DNA of 50,791 bases from positions 1 to 50,791 of the forward strand of contig JALUTT010000050.1 in the NCBI GenBank assembly GCA_027021705.1. Direction: 5' to 3'. The notes beneath the pieces were generated by a model, which saw only the letters and a list, made by a program, of their open reading frames with translations, made no database searches and was not told where the DNA came from. The position numbers were made by a program, and so were the translations under genes. Position 1 is the first letter of the stretch. Every line of letters starts with the position of its first letter. This stretch comes from Anaerolineae bacterium. Lineage in GTDB: Bacteria > Chloroflexota > Anaerolineae > S140-20. Shown here in pieces: positions 49,526-50,791 of the stretch.

Positions 49526-50460
49526 TGCAGGCGTTGGTCACCGGTGGCGCCGGCTTCATCGGCTCTCACCTGGTCGAGGCGCTGGTGGCGCAGGGGGTCC
49601 GGGTCCGGGTGCTGGACAACTTCTCCACCGGACGGCGGGAGAACCTGGCCGGCGTCGCCCACCGGGTTGAGGTGATCGAAGGGGAGGTGACTGACCCCTC
49701 GGTCGTGGCACGGGCGGTGGCCGGCGTGGACCTCGTCTTCCACCTGGCGGCCATCGCCTCCGTGCAGGCCTCGGTGGAGGACCCCCTTCTCGTCCACCGG
49801 GTTAACGTGGAAGGGACGCTCTGCCTGCTGGAGGCGGCGCGACGGCACGGGGTGAAGCGCTTCGTCTTCCCCTCCTCGGCGGCGGTCTACGGGGATCACA
49901 CGGCGCTGCCCCTCTCCGAGGAATTGCCGCCCCGTGCCCTCTCCCCCTACGCCGCTAGCAAGGTGGCGGGCGAGGCCTACGGACGATCCTACCGGGCGAG
50001 CTACGGGGTGCCCGTCGTCATCCTGCGCTACTTCAACGTCTACGGGCCGCGTCAGGACCCGACGAGCCCCTACTCGGGGGTGATCAGCATCTTCGCCGAC
50101 CGGATGCGGCGGGGGATGCCGCCGGTGGTCTTCGGCGACGGCCGGCAGACGCGGGATTTCGTCTACGTGAAGGACGTGGTGCGGGCCACGTTGTTGGCGG
50201 GAGAGCGGGACGCGGCGGTGGGGGGGACCTTCAACGTGGCTGGCGGACGGGAGACCAGTGTGCTACAATTGGTGGAGACCTTCAACCGGGTGTTGGGCAC
50301 CCGGCTGAGCCCAACGTTCGCCCCGCCCCGGCCCGGAGAGGTGCGGCGCTCGCGGGCCGACGTGAGCCGGGCGCGGGCGGTGCTGGGGTGGGAGACTACC
50401 ACCCCGCTGATCGAAGGGCTGGCGATGCTGGTGGAGGAGATGGGAGACGATGGCGGGTAG
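49525..50460 (+). CDS. NAD-dependent nucleotide-sugar epimerase/dehydratase (GalE/WbpP-like SDR)
   Basis: LVTGGAGFIGSHL, SSAAVYG, YAASK, LRYFNVYGPRQDP, QTRDFVYV. Confidence 0.93.
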   Translation: MQALVTGGAGFIGSHLVEALVAQGVRVRVLDNFSTGRRENLAGVAHRVEVIEGEVTDPSVVARAVAGVDLVFHLAAIASVQASVEDPLLVHRVNVEGTLCLLEAARRHGVKRFVFPSSAAVYGDHTALPLSEELPPRALSPYAASKVAGEAYGRSYRASYGVPVVILRYFNVYGPRQDPTSPYSGVISIFADRMRRGMPPVVFGDGRQTRDFVYVKDVVRATLLAGERDAAVGGTFNVAGGRETSVLQLVETFNRVLGTRLSPTFAPPRPGEVRRSRADVSRARAVLGWETTTPLIEGLAMLVEEMGDDGG

Positions 50461-50761
50461 AGTGTACCTGGACGAGAGGTTGCCCCGGGGGGCGCACTGG
50501 CACGCGGATCTACTGGACCAGATGTCGGAGCCCGAAAGGGGGAGACGGCCGGCCGTCATTGACGAGGCCCTGCGGGTGCGTCTGGGGAGCTACCTGAGCT
50601 TTCGCCACTTCTTCCGCCACGCCTACGGCTACACGCTGGAGTGGCATCGGATGCGCTGGGAGGTCGAGCACCTGCGGGACACGCTGGAGATGCTGCGGGG
50701 ACAGTTGCACCGTTTCTTTGAGGACCTGGCTGCCCGGGAGGAGGAGGATGACCGCGACTGA
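50450..50761 (+). pseudogene. HepT-like (HEPN) RNase toxin, apparently N-terminally truncated
   Basis: LPRGAHWHADLLDQM...RPAVI...FRHFFRHAYG; begins abruptly at the end of the epimerase gene. Confidence 0.6.
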
Positions 50762-50791
50762 GGCAGCCTATCTGCGCACGGCTCGCCGCCG
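50748..50791 (+). CDS. Start of the next CDS (possibly a nucleotidyltransferase), cut by the window end
   Basis: Strong RBS GGAGGAGG, ATG at 50748, MTATEAAYLRTARR. Confidence 0.45.
   Translation, partial: MTATEAAYLRTARR

Overview
High-GC (about 70% by eye) bacterial chromosomal window. Gene content suggests Chloroflexota/Anaerolineae (inference). It holds about 40 CDS: housekeeping genes (ychF, mazG/yabN, fabF, fabH, udk, tRNA-Pro-CGG), membrane glycosylation genes (GT4, O-antigen ligase-like, YfhO-like fusion, DUF2723), a Mo-hydroxylase and XdhC, a UbiA plus PEP-utilising enzyme pair, and a four-gene signalling operon with an atypical HWVGNK H-box. The most striking signal is non-coding: an inverted doublet, CCCTCCCGCAGG-N~71-CCTGCGGGAGGG, with a fixed span of about 95 bp. 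It occurs in three forms with different inner sequences: one solo copy, five dispersed MITE copies with IS66-like GTA...TAC ends (four with 8-bp target duplications), and a 1.6-kb, 15-unit tandem array between divergent promoters. Other notable points are short-repeat DNA translated inside genes, toxin-antitoxin remnants in which only the toxins are damaged, and 11-bp-phased regulator boxes. No transposase, cas gene or CRISPR array is present. All calls come from reading the sequence; no database searches were run.
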